Positions 1 to 14,477 of a stretch of 64,000 nt of DNA are shown here, one piece after another. Below the pieces are notes generated by a model, which did not search any database, was not told the origin of the DNA, and saw only the letters and a program-made list of their open reading frames with translations. Source of the stretch: Chiloscyllium plagiosum (lineage: Eukaryota). Location of the stretch: contig NC_057718.1 in assembly GCF_004010195.1 (NCBI RefSeq), positions 96,495,765 to 96,559,764 on the forward strand. Direction: 5' to 3'. Position 1 is the stretch's first letter. The number at the start of each line of letters is the position of its first letter. The translations under genes and the position numbers were made by a program.

Positions 1-43
1 TTTTGAAGCCTTCTTTAAGACCTCATCACTCCGATGTTCATGG

Positions 44-167
44 AGGAAGTGAGGACTGCAGATGCTGAAGCGTCAGAGTCAAAATGTGTGGCACTGAAAA
101 AGCACAGCAGGTCAGGCAGCATCCGAGAAGCAACAGAGTCGATGTTTCGGACATAAGCCCTTCATTC
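44..167 (-). mobile_element. Penelope-like terminal repeat fragment
   Basis: Same sequence as the 3' end of the Penelope RT element at 27530-27660; hammerhead core is partial. Confidence 0.75.
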
Positions 168-834
168 GTCTAACCACCCACTATCCTTTCTATCTAGAGG
201 TAAGTGGGAAAACTGCAAATAATTCAAGCAAAATGCCTATTGATTCCCTATGATTAGCAAAGTTCAAGTCAGGATAGTTGGCATTATGTATCATAATGAG
301 GATGAACCGACAATCTTCCTTTCCCTCCTCTCACAACTCACCTGCCTATTCTAAAGGAAGACTTGCAATTACATAGCACCCATCACATCCCCAGGGTGTC
401 TCAAAGTGTTTCACAACAAATTGCATTCTCTTCTTGCTGCCAACTTACTCTGCCCACTCTTCTGGGGATAATTTGGCCGATCAATTTTGATGTTTTGGTT
501 CGTAATATTTAAACGCCAACTGGATCGTTTGAATATCGCCTCTTTCTTTTCCCCTCAATTTCCTGAAACTTTCCTCACAACCGATTTGCAAAATCATAAT
601 CCCGCCCACTGTCAAGACCAATTCCTTTTTATATAGCTCCCTGCTGTCATTATTCTCTTTGAAATCATTGCCGGCTCTCTGTTCTGCTTTTCTCCAATAT
701 TTCCAGAGCGTCTGAAAATATTAACCAATGATTTCATGTTCCATTCTCTTTGGAGTCATAGGACATATCTGAATGGCTCCAAGACCTTTGTAAATATTTA
801 ATTCCGTGTCTTCTTTTATAACACAAGACCCTTT

Positions 835-1735
835 GACAGCGGAATGTGGAACTTGCTACCACATGGAGTAGTTAGGAGGAATAACATAGAGGCCTTTAAG
901 GGGAAGCTCAGTAAAGTACTTTAGGGAGAATGGAATGGAATGAAATACAGAAAGGTTCAGAAGAAGTACAGTAAAAAAAGACTAATTTGGAAGTTATCTG
1001 CCAGCACAGGATTTGGGCTGAATGGTCTGTTTCTATGCTGCAAATTCTACTTAAGTACTTTTGAAATGCAATTATTTTAAGCCAAGTAAGTGTGGCAAGA
1101 AACATTACCCACCACGAAGGCGCCTAAATCACTAAATGACCAGATAGTCTATTTCTCAATAACCTTCTAAAGGACAGTAGTGACTCCATATCCAACACAA
1201 ATTTAGCACAGCAATTCCAAAGTGCACTGGTTTCTGATAAAAATACTTCCTGGGAACATACCTATCACATTCCTGTGTAATTTTTGTGTATTATTCACCT
1301 ATTGAACTTCCATAAATAATTTTAATAATCTTATTTATTAGTAAATGTCTAACGAAGTAGAAAAGTAAGGGGTAATCCAATAGTAGATCCTAAGGTAATT
1401 AAACAGTATGAAAGGATGAATAGAAAGAAACTATTCCAATTGGTGGTAAGTCTAGAACAAGGGCCTTAAATTAGAGCCCTTAACAGTGCACTTTTTCACA
1501 GAACTGGCATGGGACACTGAACCCCTTCACCCCACAAGCTCTGTTGAGGTTAGATGGTCAAGTAACAACTTCAAAACTGAGATTGATAGATGAATTTCAG
1601 AAATGGGTATTACGCATTACAGAGCCGAGGCAGACAGACAGAGTTAAACTACAGATCATCTACCACCTAATCAAATCTAATCAATCTAAATAATCTGAAG
1701 GAACTGAATGGCCAAATCCTGTCCTTGTATGCTAC
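835..1735 (+). mobile_element. Degraded CR1 LINE 3' fragments
   Basis: tggaacttgctacca (WN-LP) and gggctgaatggtctgtttctatgctg tail motifs in two pieces (~835-1050, ~1370-1735). Confidence 0.6.
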
Positions 1736-4054
1736 ATTTCATTTCAAAAGTTTCAATCGCGTTCCCTTTAACTCCTTCTTGTTTCAAAATAAATGGCCCA
1801 AACTCTTAAAACTATTACTCATAAAGCAGAGTCTTCAGACTGGCAGCAACGCCTCAGTTGAACTTTCTCAGGAGACTAAATACCATTCACTGAACCGGAC
1901 CAAAATACTTTACTGATGGAGCCTCTAGTTTGTTTATTGCAGTACTTTTGGTCTAAGGGGGCATGTAGCTCAGTTATCTCAGACAGATGGCTCGAATGAA
2001 TATAACCAGAGCATAGGTTCAATCTCTCGCTGACTGAAATGGTCCTTGAGACCTTCCCTACTTCCTGTTTTGCCCATACTGGGGGCTGTAACATGCACCA
2101 TGATTGGCAACACTTGGTACATTGCACCAAAGGGTGAAAGCAGTCTCTGCCAGTCTGCCACTGCCAAGCTACCCAAATGTCTTGGATCTGTCTTGCCTCT
2201 GCAAAAATGTGAGGGACAGCAGTATACGCCCTTTGACCCCTTCAACCAAATCTCTATGTAGCTTTAGCTGTAAAATGTATAACCTTGGAAATCACTTCTC
2301 GCTTGCATTCAAACATGATGAATCTACCAACGCACTGTTGGTTTGTACGTGCTTTATTAGTTCATCATATTATGTCTTATCATGATCCACTTGGGAAAGT
2401 ATATGCTGACACTTGAGCACCATTACTCCTGGGGTCTGCGCAGAAGTAGAAAACATTGACCAGGTTTTGTTCAGAGACAGGATGAGAACAGAAAGCCTCC
2501 TCTTTCGCATGTGTTCACTCAAAGGATGTTGTCAATGCCACAAGAATATCATTTGTTGCCCAAAGGTAATTGCCCTGGAGGAAGTGGTTGGCTTTCTTGA
2601 CCCACTGCAGTCCATCTGGTATGGGGGCAATTGCAGTGCTGTTAGGGAGGGAGCTCCAGGATTTTGACCCAATGACACTGAAGAAACGGCGATATATTCC
2701 CAAGTCAGGACGGTGAGTGGCTCAGGGGGGGATTTGCTGGTGGTGTTCCAATTGTCCTTCCGCATAGCAGCGGTTCTAAGCTTGGACAGTACTGTTGAAG
2801 GAAACTTGGTGGGTTTCTGGATTGCAGCTTATAGATGGTTCAGACTGTAAGCCACTGTGTGCTAGTGCTAAAGGGAGTAAACTGGGAATTCAGATGATGA
2901 GGTGCCAATTAAATGGGGTGCTTTGTCCTGTCCTTTTTATAATTTTAGGGAAATGGCATTGGCATTTGTTGCCCATCCCCCAATTAATTGATTGGCTGAG
3001 TCATTTCAGAGAGCTTTTGACCTGATTGGCTTACTGAGCCCTTTGAAAGGCAGTGATGAGTCAATCACATTGCTCTGAGCTCACATGTAAGTCCAGCCCA
3101 GCAGATAATGAACCTGATGTTTTGCATTGTCCATGAGAACTAACCTCTAAGTATTGCACTCATAAACCAATTAGTTCTTTCCGTTTTGATTCTCAATCTG
3201 CACTATTGTCCAGAAGTCATAGGACCTACTGAGCAATCTCAATCAGTCTGAGGATTCTGGGTAGAGCATTTAGGATGGAGATGAGGAGACATTCTTAACC
3301 CAGAGAGTGGTGAGCCTGTGGAATTCATTACCACAGGAGCTTTCAGTCTGTTCCTGCTAATGGCAGAACCCAGAGAGAGGGGGGTGATTGTTTTTATAAT
3401 TGCTCTCTATCACTGAGCAGCTCGAGGGTGGGTCCAGGTCCATCCTGGCAAACAAAGAGCATTAAGAACAGTTCAGAATGTGTCTCAGAGTTTGTCACAA
3501 TGAAGAACAGTTTCCTTTTGCTGGATATTGAAAGAATAGTGAGGTGGCTGGTTTGAACTGGTGCAGACTCGATGGGTTAAAGGGCCTTTTTCCTGTGCTG
3601 GGACTGTATTAGTTCATTCTCAGCCAGTAAGTTGTCACTGACAAATGCAGATCTAATGCCCAACCCTAGTTGCCCCTTGAGAAGGTGGTGGTTGATGATC
3701 TCACAGTGCCATGTGATGACCATGCTCCCAAGGAGCTCCACACAGTCTGATACAGAGCTGTGCTGGCATTTAAACTCTCCAGCTTGTTAGTAACAAAATT
3801 GGCACTGCATCTCCACCCCCTGATACCCTGGGACCTCTGAACACGGGCCCCCCGTGAGCACACAGAGGCTTTGAGAGATTTTGAAAATCGATACACTGAG
3901 CATGAGGTTAGAAAGGGGGAATGGAAAAGCAGAAAATATGGATGAATTACAACTCAATGATGGGCTGATGACCAAGGTGTGGATGACAATGGGATGGGGG
4001 AGTTAAATGCCTGGGAATACCAAGGATAAGTGTTGGAATTGTGGAAGTGGCTCT

Positions 4055-4570
4055 ATAAGACCGTGAAAAACAGGAGCAGGAGGAGGCCATTCAGCCCATC
4101 GAGCCTACTCCACCATTTCATACGTTCATGGCTGACCTCGTCATGACCACAACTCCACTTTCCTGCTTGCTCTCCATAACCTTCAGCCCATTACTGATTA
4201 AAAATCTCTTGATCTCCTCCTTAAATTTACCCAGCATTCCAGCATCCACCACACTCTGACGGAGTGAATTCCACAGATTCGTGACCCATTGAGAGAAGTA
4301 ATTCCTCCTTATCTCTGTTTTAAATCTGCCCTCCCCCCCCTTATCCTAACGCTGTAACCTCTCACTGTAGATTGCCAAAATACTGGATATATTTAAGAGG
4401 TGGCTAGATATAGCACTTGGGTCAAATGGGATTAAAGGTTATGGGGAGAAATCAGGATTAGGCTATTGAGTTGGGTGATCAGCCATGGTAGTGATAAATG
4501 ACGGATCAGGATTGAAGGGCCGAACGGCCTCCTCCTGCTCCTATCTTCTATATATGTTTCAATGTTTCTT
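4055..4570. mobile_element. Two CR1 3' ends in opposite orientation
   Basis: Minus copy ~4055-4375 and plus copy ~4380-4570 with the cctcctcctgctcct tail. Confidence 0.7.
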
Positions 4571-7441
4571 CTAGGTTTCTAAGTGGCAATCGGCAATCCC
4601 AATTCTAGCAACAGATAGGAATGCTGGGGTAGTATGTTCGAGATGTCAAAAGAGCAGTGAGTCAAGCCACAAGTTTACTGGGCTGGTTAATGAAAGGAAT
4701 TGAAGACACTGGGTGGGTCAGGCGGCCTCTGTGGTGAAAGGGTGACAAGGATAACCCTGAAACATTAACCCGAATCTCCACAGATGTGACCTCAAGTGTG
4801 GTGCGGCTTCCAAAGTTTTCTGACATGGTTTCAGATTTCCAGCACCCACAGCATCTTGCTATTTGTAGGATGTTTACCAGTGTTTAGGGGATCACATTCT
4901 ACGATTCCATCAGTTTTTCCATGAAAACAGTACATTGGTGGTTTTGACCACGGGTGAATAGTTAAGGATACGGAATCGAAGTTGACAGATATCTCCACTA
5001 GTTTTCCACAGAGCCCCAACATGTGCCCCTTCACATCGTAATTCTGAGCATATGTTTCTACAAATAGTCTGTCATAAGTATCCTTTCACTGCAGCTTGGC
5101 AAATTAATAAGAGCTAGTTCCCTCAAAAAAAACAAGTTATTAGCTTTAGTTATGCAATGTTCTAATTAATAATAACCCTGTTTATTCTTTCATTTGCACA
5201 ATGTTCTAATTACGTATAGTCTTTTTCCTTGTTTAACACAATGCTTTAATTAATTATATACCTCCTAAATAAAAATAACATTACAAACAGCTCCTAAAAG
5301 GCTTCATTCTTGCAGATATTTTATGCTGGGTATATAAGAATTGGACTTTTTTGAATGCGCGATTCATGTGAAAGCGCATTACTAGAACTTGGAAAATGCC
5401 TGAGCTGGAGCTAGATTCCACCCTGTTCCAGGATTGGGGTTGGAGGTCAGAATTCAGGGCTGGAGCATAAACTTTAGACTGGGCTAAGGATTCAGGGTCA
5501 GGACCAGTTAAGGGTTTGAAAGGGCTGAGTTTAATGTTATATCTCACTGTTACTGTGTCATTATGGCTTTAAGAGATGTGCTCAAGATATCATCACTGCA
5601 TTGTGGCCGTGACTTGAGCAGATAAATGTCTCAGACTCCATCTTAACTTGAAGCATGACATGCTGATGGAAGCATGCTGCTCCTTTAACTGAATAGCTTG
5701 ATGTTAGCCCAGATATAGATACCTAAATATGAACCTAACCCTAACCTTAACAGTATGAATGTCGTACTTGTACATATCAGTGAGGTGTAATAAATGTCTG
5801 TTGGATCTTTCAATACCATGTTGCCCACGTCTTAGAATCCTATATTAAAAGGGTTAGTATAGGTATTGCCACATCACTTAAAGATACCCTGTTGGGGGCA
5901 AAATGCACATCACAGAATTCGTGACAGGATGCCAGATGGAAAAGTAGAAGCATAAGGTTTGGGATTAGAGGCCAGTTTGAAGATTGGGTTCCAACGGGTT
6001 GACTAGAGGTTGGAGTGGTGCATCTGTGCAAAGCACGGTCTAGAGGGATACATTTTCTTTAAACATGGCCTCCAAACTTTGGGAAGCAATTTTTTTTTTT
6101 CAAAAAGTCACCTTGTAGGCCACAGGTGATCTGAGGATCATTATTTTTAGTACAAGTGTAATTGGTCAGGCAATTTCCAAAAGGGCTGTCCAGGAAGCCA
6201 GTCTGCCCCTCAATGCGGGCCACCCCATTTGGTAAATGACGCAGTTCCAGATAGGACTTCTTGTTTATTATGTTGGGGGTCTCAATATCCAACCAGTTTA
6301 CACTTACAAAATCCAAAACAAAATATAATGCAAGTCTGTGAAGTGTTAAGGTTAGAGGCACCAAATTCTGCCCTGACTCCTAAGTAACTATGCATCTGAT
6401 TACCAGCCTGACTTCCCCACTATACCTTCAATTCACTACTGACCTGCTTAATGCTTCACTCCTTCCAATACCAATTCCAGCCCAACTATACCCCCATCTG
6501 ACCTCTCTTGTTCTGACTCTCCCTCTTGACACCTTACCCCCTCAACATCTCCCCTCTAACACCAGAGCTGTCCAACTCACTCCCGCCTCCAATGACTCAA
6601 TCTTTGTCCCAATGCCCCAACCCACGCTGATGCTCCCCACCAACTGATATGCCAACCTATCCTGAACCCACTCCTGCCCAACTCCCTCATCCATATAGCA
6701 CCATGTACTCTTTCCAGCCACGTTATTTTGTTGCCAGTTTCAAGGTTGTTCAGTCATTGATATCTAGATAGCTTCACTTGCCTAATAGTCCTCTGTTCTA
6801 TTGTTGACGAAAATCTGCAGCCTCATGTGAATATGTTTCAGTGCCTAACCACCACAGGAACTAACTAAACAATAAGAACAACAACAAAAGAAGAGATCTA
6901 TCAAGCCGGGTTTTAGATTGGTATCTAGCTTGTCCGGGAGTACCATCAGCTGGGAACATCACAAAGACACAACAGGCCAGGTTACAAGCAGTTTTCTCTT
7001 AAAACAAGCATTATCACCAGCACTTCCCCGTTATTGACTTAGTTATGAAACTGACTCAAATATTCAGGCACATTGAAGGTATATTTTTAATCCCCAAAAG
7101 ACATAAATAGTGATAGTCTCCATTTGTCAGGAGTATCTTACTCATAAATGACTTCTGCGATTTAATTCATAAGCACTGAGCCTGTGGTTTGGCACATGAC
7201 CAGTACAGGAGCTGTTCTGAATAAGTGACAGATGAAACTATCGGCAGTAATATTCATTATGAACAAGACATGTACGTGGTTAATACCAGGTTCTTTAAAA
7301 AGAATTACAAGTTATTTATATAATAATCAATGAAGGCCCTTTTATATGATATTGCTCATACCAATAAATGTCTTTTTTTCTTGGCTCAGAATTGATGGTG
7401 AGTGTGTCATTGTCCAATAGGTGCTTGGGCCGGTGATTTAC

Positions 7442-7751
7442 CAGACTTTATGGCTCATCTGAAGACTGAGCGAGCCCAGTTCATGTGATGCTTTCCTCTC
7501 TGGCTTGCCACCAATAGATGCTGGTTTGCAGTCAGGTGGGAAGAAACCTCTGTCAGTGGGAAGCGAAGAGTTATTCTGGGTCTCCACATCTGCGGGCACA
7601 CACTGACTGCCCAAGGTGTCCAGGAAGAACCTTGAGAAGTTCCAGTATCCTATTTCCGAGGCTACTGAGCAACCTGGGCACCCGACATAATGTCGGAAAT
7701 GTCTGGTGGGTGGAGGAGATGACACTCTGTGGAGACCGTCGAATTTTCCAA
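7442..7751 (-). pseudogene. Open exon of the unidentified minus-strand gene
   Basis: ctccacttattaatag| acceptor; VGKFDGLHRVSSPPPTRHFRHYVGCPGCSVASEIGYWNFSRFFLDTL...; ends at tg|gtaaat or at the TAA at 7438-7440. Confidence 0.5.
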
Positions 7752-7802
7752 CTATTAATAAGTGGAGAATCAAGAGGGTTCTTTAAGGAAGGATTTCCCT
7801 CC

Positions 7803-8066
7803 ATACACACACACACACCACACACACACATAGACAGACATGCGCACACACACATTCTCACACTCACAGACAGACAGACATGCACACACAGATACACACA
7901 CTCACACAGACACACGCAGACACACATCGACACACAAACACACTGACAAACACACAGGCACACACGTGCATGCGCGTATGCGCACACACACAAACACACA
8001 CCCAACACACTCTCACACACATAAAGACATACACAGACACACACAAAGACACAAACACACACACAC
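7803..8066. repeat. Degenerate (CA)n microsatellite
   Basis: Seen directly; it explains the overlapping HT/VC-rich ORFs. Confidence 0.95.
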
Positions 8067-10715
8067 CCCTCCTCTCCGCATCCAGTCCCTCCCAAAGCTT
8101 CCTATATTTGTCACAACCGAACAATCCATACGGCCCCATGATCAGAAACTGGAAACTCCACATTAAATGTGACACATGCAATAAATACAGCCAGTGAAGG
8201 CATGCCAACTCTCTGAAAAGGGTATTTTTTTAAGTGAGGGGAGCTGGCATTTATAAAGGTGAAAACAAAATTGACGCAGGGTACAGAACGGCAGTTTGAG
8301 TTACTCTAATTGAGATCCCAGCCATCAACAAATACACACAACAAGACGAGGTTGGATAATGGGTGTTTGTACCAGCACAGGCTGGGGCAGCTTAGGTCCC
8401 TCTAATAGAGACAATGGTTCTGTATCCTGAGGGAGACACTGATCCACATTGGGAATGGGGCAGCCAAGGAGGCAAGTCTCAAATCTATCTCAGCAGGAAC
8501 ACAAATTGAGCTCACACTTTCATTCTGAACCACATACCAGCCATCCAGGGTAATCATAGCCTGCTGTCACCCTACCCTCAACCTTACCAGGTTAATCGGA
8601 CTTAACATCTCGGCTTGAGTGTCTCTTCCTCAGAACCGAACACTTGACTTCAGATTACTCGACCCGAAACGTTAACTCTGATTTTTCTTGACAGATGCTT
8701 CAGACCTGCTGAGTTTTTCCAGCAATTTCTGTTTTTGTTTCTGATTTACAGCATCCTCAGTTCTTCTGGTTTTACTTATCAGGTTAATCCCTCACATTAT
8801 CTCATAAAGTAGGAGGTGGAACTGCTCTCTGCATTACAGCTGGTACACAGGACTCAAAGCCGTAAGGCACACTTGCACAGAAACATACCATCGACGATAA
8901 CACTGATGTATGTGGATGTTTGCTGTGCACAATTTTCATGGCCAAATTTCACATATTGGACATGATCACATCTCATTGGTACTTCATTGGCTCCTGGGTT
9001 GTTGAAAGGTGCTATAGAACTACAAGACCCTCTTATAGGAGCTCCAGCAGAATTTGGTCTATCATATTAATCCATTGTGACAGCATCTCCCCTGACCAAG
9101 GAGTAAAGATCAATGTTCCATCAAGTGAAATGTTTCTGAATGTTGCCATTTTCCAGAATCAGGGCAAATTCCAAAGGAAGAAAATAGTTGAGGTGAAGGA
9201 TGACATATCAGTAATTAATTCTTTCTATCTGTGTTAGAAGTGATCAACTCATTAGTACAACTACAAGTTAGATTGTGCCTTTAACATTATATAACATCCC
9301 AGGGTGCTTCACAAAAGCATTGTAAAACAAAGCACGATACTAAGCCATATAAGGAGATATTTGGTCAGATGACCAACAGGCTGGTGAATGAGTTAGGTTT
9401 TAAGGAGAAAATTAGGTGGGGGAGGCAAAAGGATAGAGAGAGGGGATTCCAGAGCTTGGGCCCGAGACCTCTGAAGGCATAAGCATCGATGGGAAAGCAC
9501 AAAAGGTAAAAACGAAAGAAGTAGAGATGTCTCGGAGCATTGGACTCAAGATTAGATTACAGGACATAGAATCATAGAATCACTACTGTGTGAAAGCAGG
9601 CCATTCGGCCCATCGAATCCACACCAACCCTCCGTGGGAGGAGCAAACCCACAGAGGGGTTTGAAAACAACCATGAGAAGTATAAAAGGAAGATGCTGCT
9701 TAAGAAGGAGCAAACGTAAACCAAAGAGCACAGGTGTGTTGGGAATGGGATTTGGTTCAAATGAAGACACTGAACCAGTTATGGATGTCCTTGAGTTTAT
9801 GAAGGGGGGAAGTAGAGGAAGTGTGTATTGGATATTCACGTCTAGAGGCAACAATGGCTTGAGTGAATGTTTCAAAATCTGCCGAACTGAGACAACGGCA
9901 AGACTGGGAAATGTTCCTCAGGGGGAAATAGACTTCTGGTCATTCGCAACGATATAAGTATAGGGTCTAAATCTCACCCCAGGTTCAAGAGGAACACAAA
10001 GGTTGTGAACAGACTGGCTCAACTTCAGAAAGAGGAGTTGAACAGACTAATCAGTGATCCTTAAAGAGAACATCAGTACTAAGTTTTATTTGATATCTTA
10101 TGGCAACCGAACAAAATTAGTGTTTCCTGCTCTGCTGGACAAAGTAGCTGTAAATGTTTTCAACTGCCTAGAAGTGGTGGGAAATTAGAATAAAGAGATG
10201 AAGTAACAGGTATTAATTGGCTCCTGGGGTGTTCTGTACAAGGTTCTCCAGGGTTCATTATCTAGACCACACCTATTTCTGATCGATCTAATTGGTGACC
10301 ATCCAGCAACACTGGTTCAGACATATCACATTCCTTCTACATACTGCATCTAACCTCATCACAATCCACTGGATAATGGCTTGGAAGCTAACTTAACTGG
10401 ACATTGATTTAACTCTGAAGTTTTTGCTTGGTTTTATGGTGTGGGAAACACTCCATACACCCAAAATCATGTTGCCCATAGTATTGAGGAGAGGGGACGA
10501 TGGGAGAGGTCATGGAGGTCTATTTTTGGAGTCTTCATTTATATATCTGTAGGATATCAGTGTAAGATATCCTTAGGATTAGTATTAGAACACAATTGAT
10601 TCCATCAGGATTAATCAAATAGGCATAATTATTCCAACTCACTGAAGTTAAAGACGTCCAGCCCTTTGTAAATGTCAGTGGAGTTGCAGTGAAGGTGCAC
10701 AGAAAATGAGATCAA

Positions 10716-11045
10716 CATTAAATTTAAAATTTGAGCAGTCCATTCAGAAGTCTAATAACAGCGGGGAAGAAGCTGTTCTTGAATCTGTTGGTATGTGATT
10801 TTAAGCTTTTGTATCTTCTGCCTGATGAAAGAGATTATAACTGGGGTGGGAGGGGTCTTTGACTACGTTGGTTGCTTTCCCAAGGTAGTGCGATGGAGTC
10901 AATGGATGGAAGGTTGGTTTGTGTGATGAACTGGGCTGCGTTCACAACTCTATGTAGTTTCCTACGGTCCTGGGCAGATCAGTCCCCATACCAGGCTGTG
11001 ATGCATCCATATAGGAGGTTTTCTGTAGTGCATCTATAAAAATGG
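10716..11045 (-). mobile_element. Rex1/Babar LINE 3' fragment
   Basis: Minus strand translates FYRCTTENLLYGCITAWYGD*SAQDRRKLHRVVNAAQFIT, a Rex1 C-terminal hallmark. Confidence 0.85.
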
Positions 11046-11563
11046 CATTTCTCTGGGTTATGTAGAGGTGATGCTGGATTCTATGTGCTTTGAACTGTTT
11101 GCTCCATGCTTCTGTTTTGACTTCCAGCTCTTTCTACAGCTCGGTTACTTTTCCCTCAGTCCACACGCTGGCTTAATCTGTCAAGTACAATGATCATCCA
11201 CGTTTGACAGAATCGCATAATCAAACACAGAACAATTGAAATGCCAGGTACATTCCTGCGTTTCTAACCATTTCTAATAAAGAATAACAACTTACAACAC
11301 ACACAGGAGATGAAAACAGTGTAGAAAGTTTGATGCAAGTATCCCCCTAGTGAGAATCCTGTTCGCAGGGACCATGAGCAGTTCACATAGACCCCTAGAA
11401 TTTTCCTTTCAGTAATTCTGCAATGCTATTAGTGTTGTTTCATCTCAAGCTGAAGATGCCAACCACAGATCTCTGATTAATTAAATTCTGGGCATGAAGG
11501 CAGAACAGTAGAATCCAGACCTTGCACATCAGTACAGAGGAATCGAGAGTGGGATAGTGTTCA

Positions 11564-11785
11564 GATTAGAATGGTGCTGGAAAAGCACAGCAGGTGAGGC
11601 AGCATCCGAGGAGGAGGAAAATCGATGTTTCAGTCAAAAGCCCTTCACCAGGAATTGACGAAGCCCTTCTGGTGAAGGGCTTTAGCCCGAAATGTTGATT
11701 TTCCTGCTGCCTGACTTGATGTGCTTTTCCAGCACCACTCTGATCTAGACTCTGATCTCCAGTATCTGCAGTCCTCACTTTCGCC
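11564..11785. mobile_element. Penelope-derived inverted-repeat mini-element
   Basis: Two terminal-repeat copies in opposite orientation; imperfect ~19-nt TSD gagagtgggat(ag/ca)tgttca at 11545 and 11786. Confidence 0.75.
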
Positions 11786-11819
11786 GAGAGTGGGATCATG
11801 TTCACTTTCAGTTACTGGG

Positions 11820-12310
11820 TCAGAAGTCGCATAAAACCAGATTATAGTCCAACAGGTTAATTTGAAATCTCAAGTTTACGGAGTGTTCTCTTTCGTCAGG
11901 TAAAGTGAAGAAAAACACACAAGACACAGAACTTATAGGCAGAGAGATCAAATGGTGTGAGTGAAGTGTCAACAGGCTGAATAATAAGACTCTGAGGTGA
12001 TCGAGACTGTCAGATGGTATGAGTAAAGTGTCAACAGCTGAATAACAAGTGAAGGGATGACCTATGGTCTGATTAATTGAGGCAGAGAAATAATTGCAAA
12101 AAATTAAAAATAAGGTAGTGCTGGAAACAAGCCAAATGGTTGTAATAACATGATAGGTGTAAGAGGTGCATGCTGAGGGTCTAACTAATGCAAGTAATTC
12201 AAAACTGTACAAACTAATAAAGGTAGAGAGATCATCACAAATTATCAAGGTGATGGTGTCAAACCAAGATCGTAAGAAAGATTTTACAGATACAGAACAA
12301 TATGGCAGGA
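11820..12310 (-). mobile_element. Second Penelope-like family, 3' fragment
   Basis: Shares the ttatagtccaacagg end with copies at 28206 and ~62500; degenerate hammerhead core. Confidence 0.65.
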
Positions 12311-14477
12311 TTATTGGGCCATGAGAAAATGTGATTCCTTTAATCGTGAATAGAAAGTAATTGCAAATAGAATCTTACTGAGGTGTGAATACACTACAGC
12401 AAGCAGAAACATAGAAAATAGCAGAAGCAGGCCTTTCTGCTCTTTAAGCTTACTCCACTATTCAATATGATCATGGCTGGTTTTCAACTCAGTCCCCTGT
12501 TCCCACTTGACCCTCTCCATATCCTTTGACCCCAAGAGCAATATCTAACACCTTCTTGTCCATAACTGAAGATCATCTTAAGCACTGTTTCAAATTCAAT
12601 TGGTACACAAGTGCAGGATGATAGAATATAGTTTAGCATGTTGTCAGGATACATGTCTTCACACATTCAGTCCCTCAACAAGCTATTTGGTGGGATCACA
12701 GATGTGAATGATCTGGAGTAAACCTGTATCAGCCAAAAGTTGTTGCAATTGTCTACAGCAGAAGGAATCATTGCTGGTTATGCAGCGATGAATTCAATGA
12801 GGCAATGGCTTCCCTACTTTTGTCCATTTAGAGCAAAGGGGAAGGCAAAAGATAGTAACAAGACAGAAACTCTGGAACTTTTCCAGGAGTCGGCATAGAC
12901 CGATGAGACCCTGTGAGGGTCCATTTTGTAAAGTGCCCGACTTTGGGTTTAGTTCAAGATTTTTGTTTTTGTTTTATATACAACAATCCCTCAATGGTCC
13001 TGATCATTGGAAGCTCATGATTTATTTCTGAAGTAAACGATGGTTATAATAATGAGTTATGCTTTTACTAAAAGACAAACAGTAAGGGTGCGAAATGTTT
13101 ATTGTGATGTGCTTTACCCCTGTGGTGCACGTTCACCACACCATGATATTTCTGTTCTACTGCTCCTTGGTGATGTACTATTGGAGAGAATAAACACAGA
13201 GCTAGCATGAGGGGTCTGTTTCAGGCCTGTTTGGGGTTTAGCTGACCACTTGTCTCAATATGTGCCAGACCCTAGACAGTCCTGCCTGTGTGCTAGGAAT
13301 AGCCAGTGCTTTTTTTGGCCGCAGGGGGTTGCTTGCTTTGGGGGCCTCCTTTTTTCATTTTCCTTCACAGGAAAAGATAAACGTGCACTGAATGAACAAA
13401 CACTGTGGTTTCCAGACAGCGTTGCTGTGTTATGATCTTAACGCAGCTCAGCCGAACAGGGAAGTACCTCAGTGAGAATGGGAGGCTGTCACGGGAGGAA
13501 AGAAGAGCTATTAAACTCTTACTGCTGAAGGAGATCACAAAAATAAGGAGAGGATGAAGCCAGAAAGGGAGCTGAACACGAGGTTGAGAGTGAAGCATTA
13601 ATGGATCAGTTGAGTGCCAATGGAGATTGATTTAGCCATGAAGATGTTTTGATTGCAAATGTGAACAATGACTATGAAGATTAAGGTGATTGCTGTACAT
13701 TCCCATACCAACTCCTGCCAACTGTTGTTGGCATAGGGCATTGCCACCAATCCTGATTTTGATATTCTTCTAAAGGCTTGTGTGTTTAGCAGTGCTAGAA
13801 TGTAATCGACTTGTAAGTCTTATCAAGAAGAGGCAGTTGTCTTAAAACGAGATGTAGTTTATTGCGCGATAGTGACGGTTAAAAGTTATATTGGTCAATT
13901 AGACATAAAGACAACCCCAAACCAGAAATAACAGACCTGACCACATAAGGATCGAAAAGTAGACACCCTAGGTCCCATCCAGAACTATGTGACATCACCA
14001 GGTTGGATAAAGCATGATTCAAACATGGATGTTAACCTTTTAAGGGCTATTCCCTTATACATCTTCACCCAAAGCTTTTTTTCTTCCCCGTTTTAGTTTA
14101 TATTTACACATTCAGGTATTCTACTTTTTTTTTGACATTCAGCACCACCCCATCTTTCTCCAGATCTCCAATGTCACAAATTGAAGGAGCTTGGGTGTTT
14201 CAGGAAGTCCTACGATCACATTTGGAAGTTTAGTAAATTTTTCTTTTGTTTGAGGCCTATTGACCTTAATTCCGATTGTCTGCAAACCATTGCTCCACTG
14301 AAGAACTCTTAATCGCTTGACTTCCTATCACAGAGGGTGTTTCTTTCTGCTCAATCCCCTAATTGGTCCATTATCTTCCCTATAGGATCCTTGATTTCCT
14401 GAAATTCATTCACAGAAGTCAAGTAGTTGCCCCATATTATCATGTTAAGGATCTTAATCTTCTGCATATCCCTCGCA

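Noticed and set aside
5430..5750. Telomere-like ggttag/cctaac words
   Set aside because: Too short and degenerate to call an interstitial telomere or a Helitron.
7518..8208. Overlapping 105-174 aa ORFs (also 19265-19743)
   Set aside because: Artefacts of (CA)/(TG) microsatellites.
13350..13590. Strong plus-strand acceptor (ttttccttcacag|G at 13371)
   Set aside because: Stops in all three frames and no partner exons found; it overlaps the minus-strand relic.
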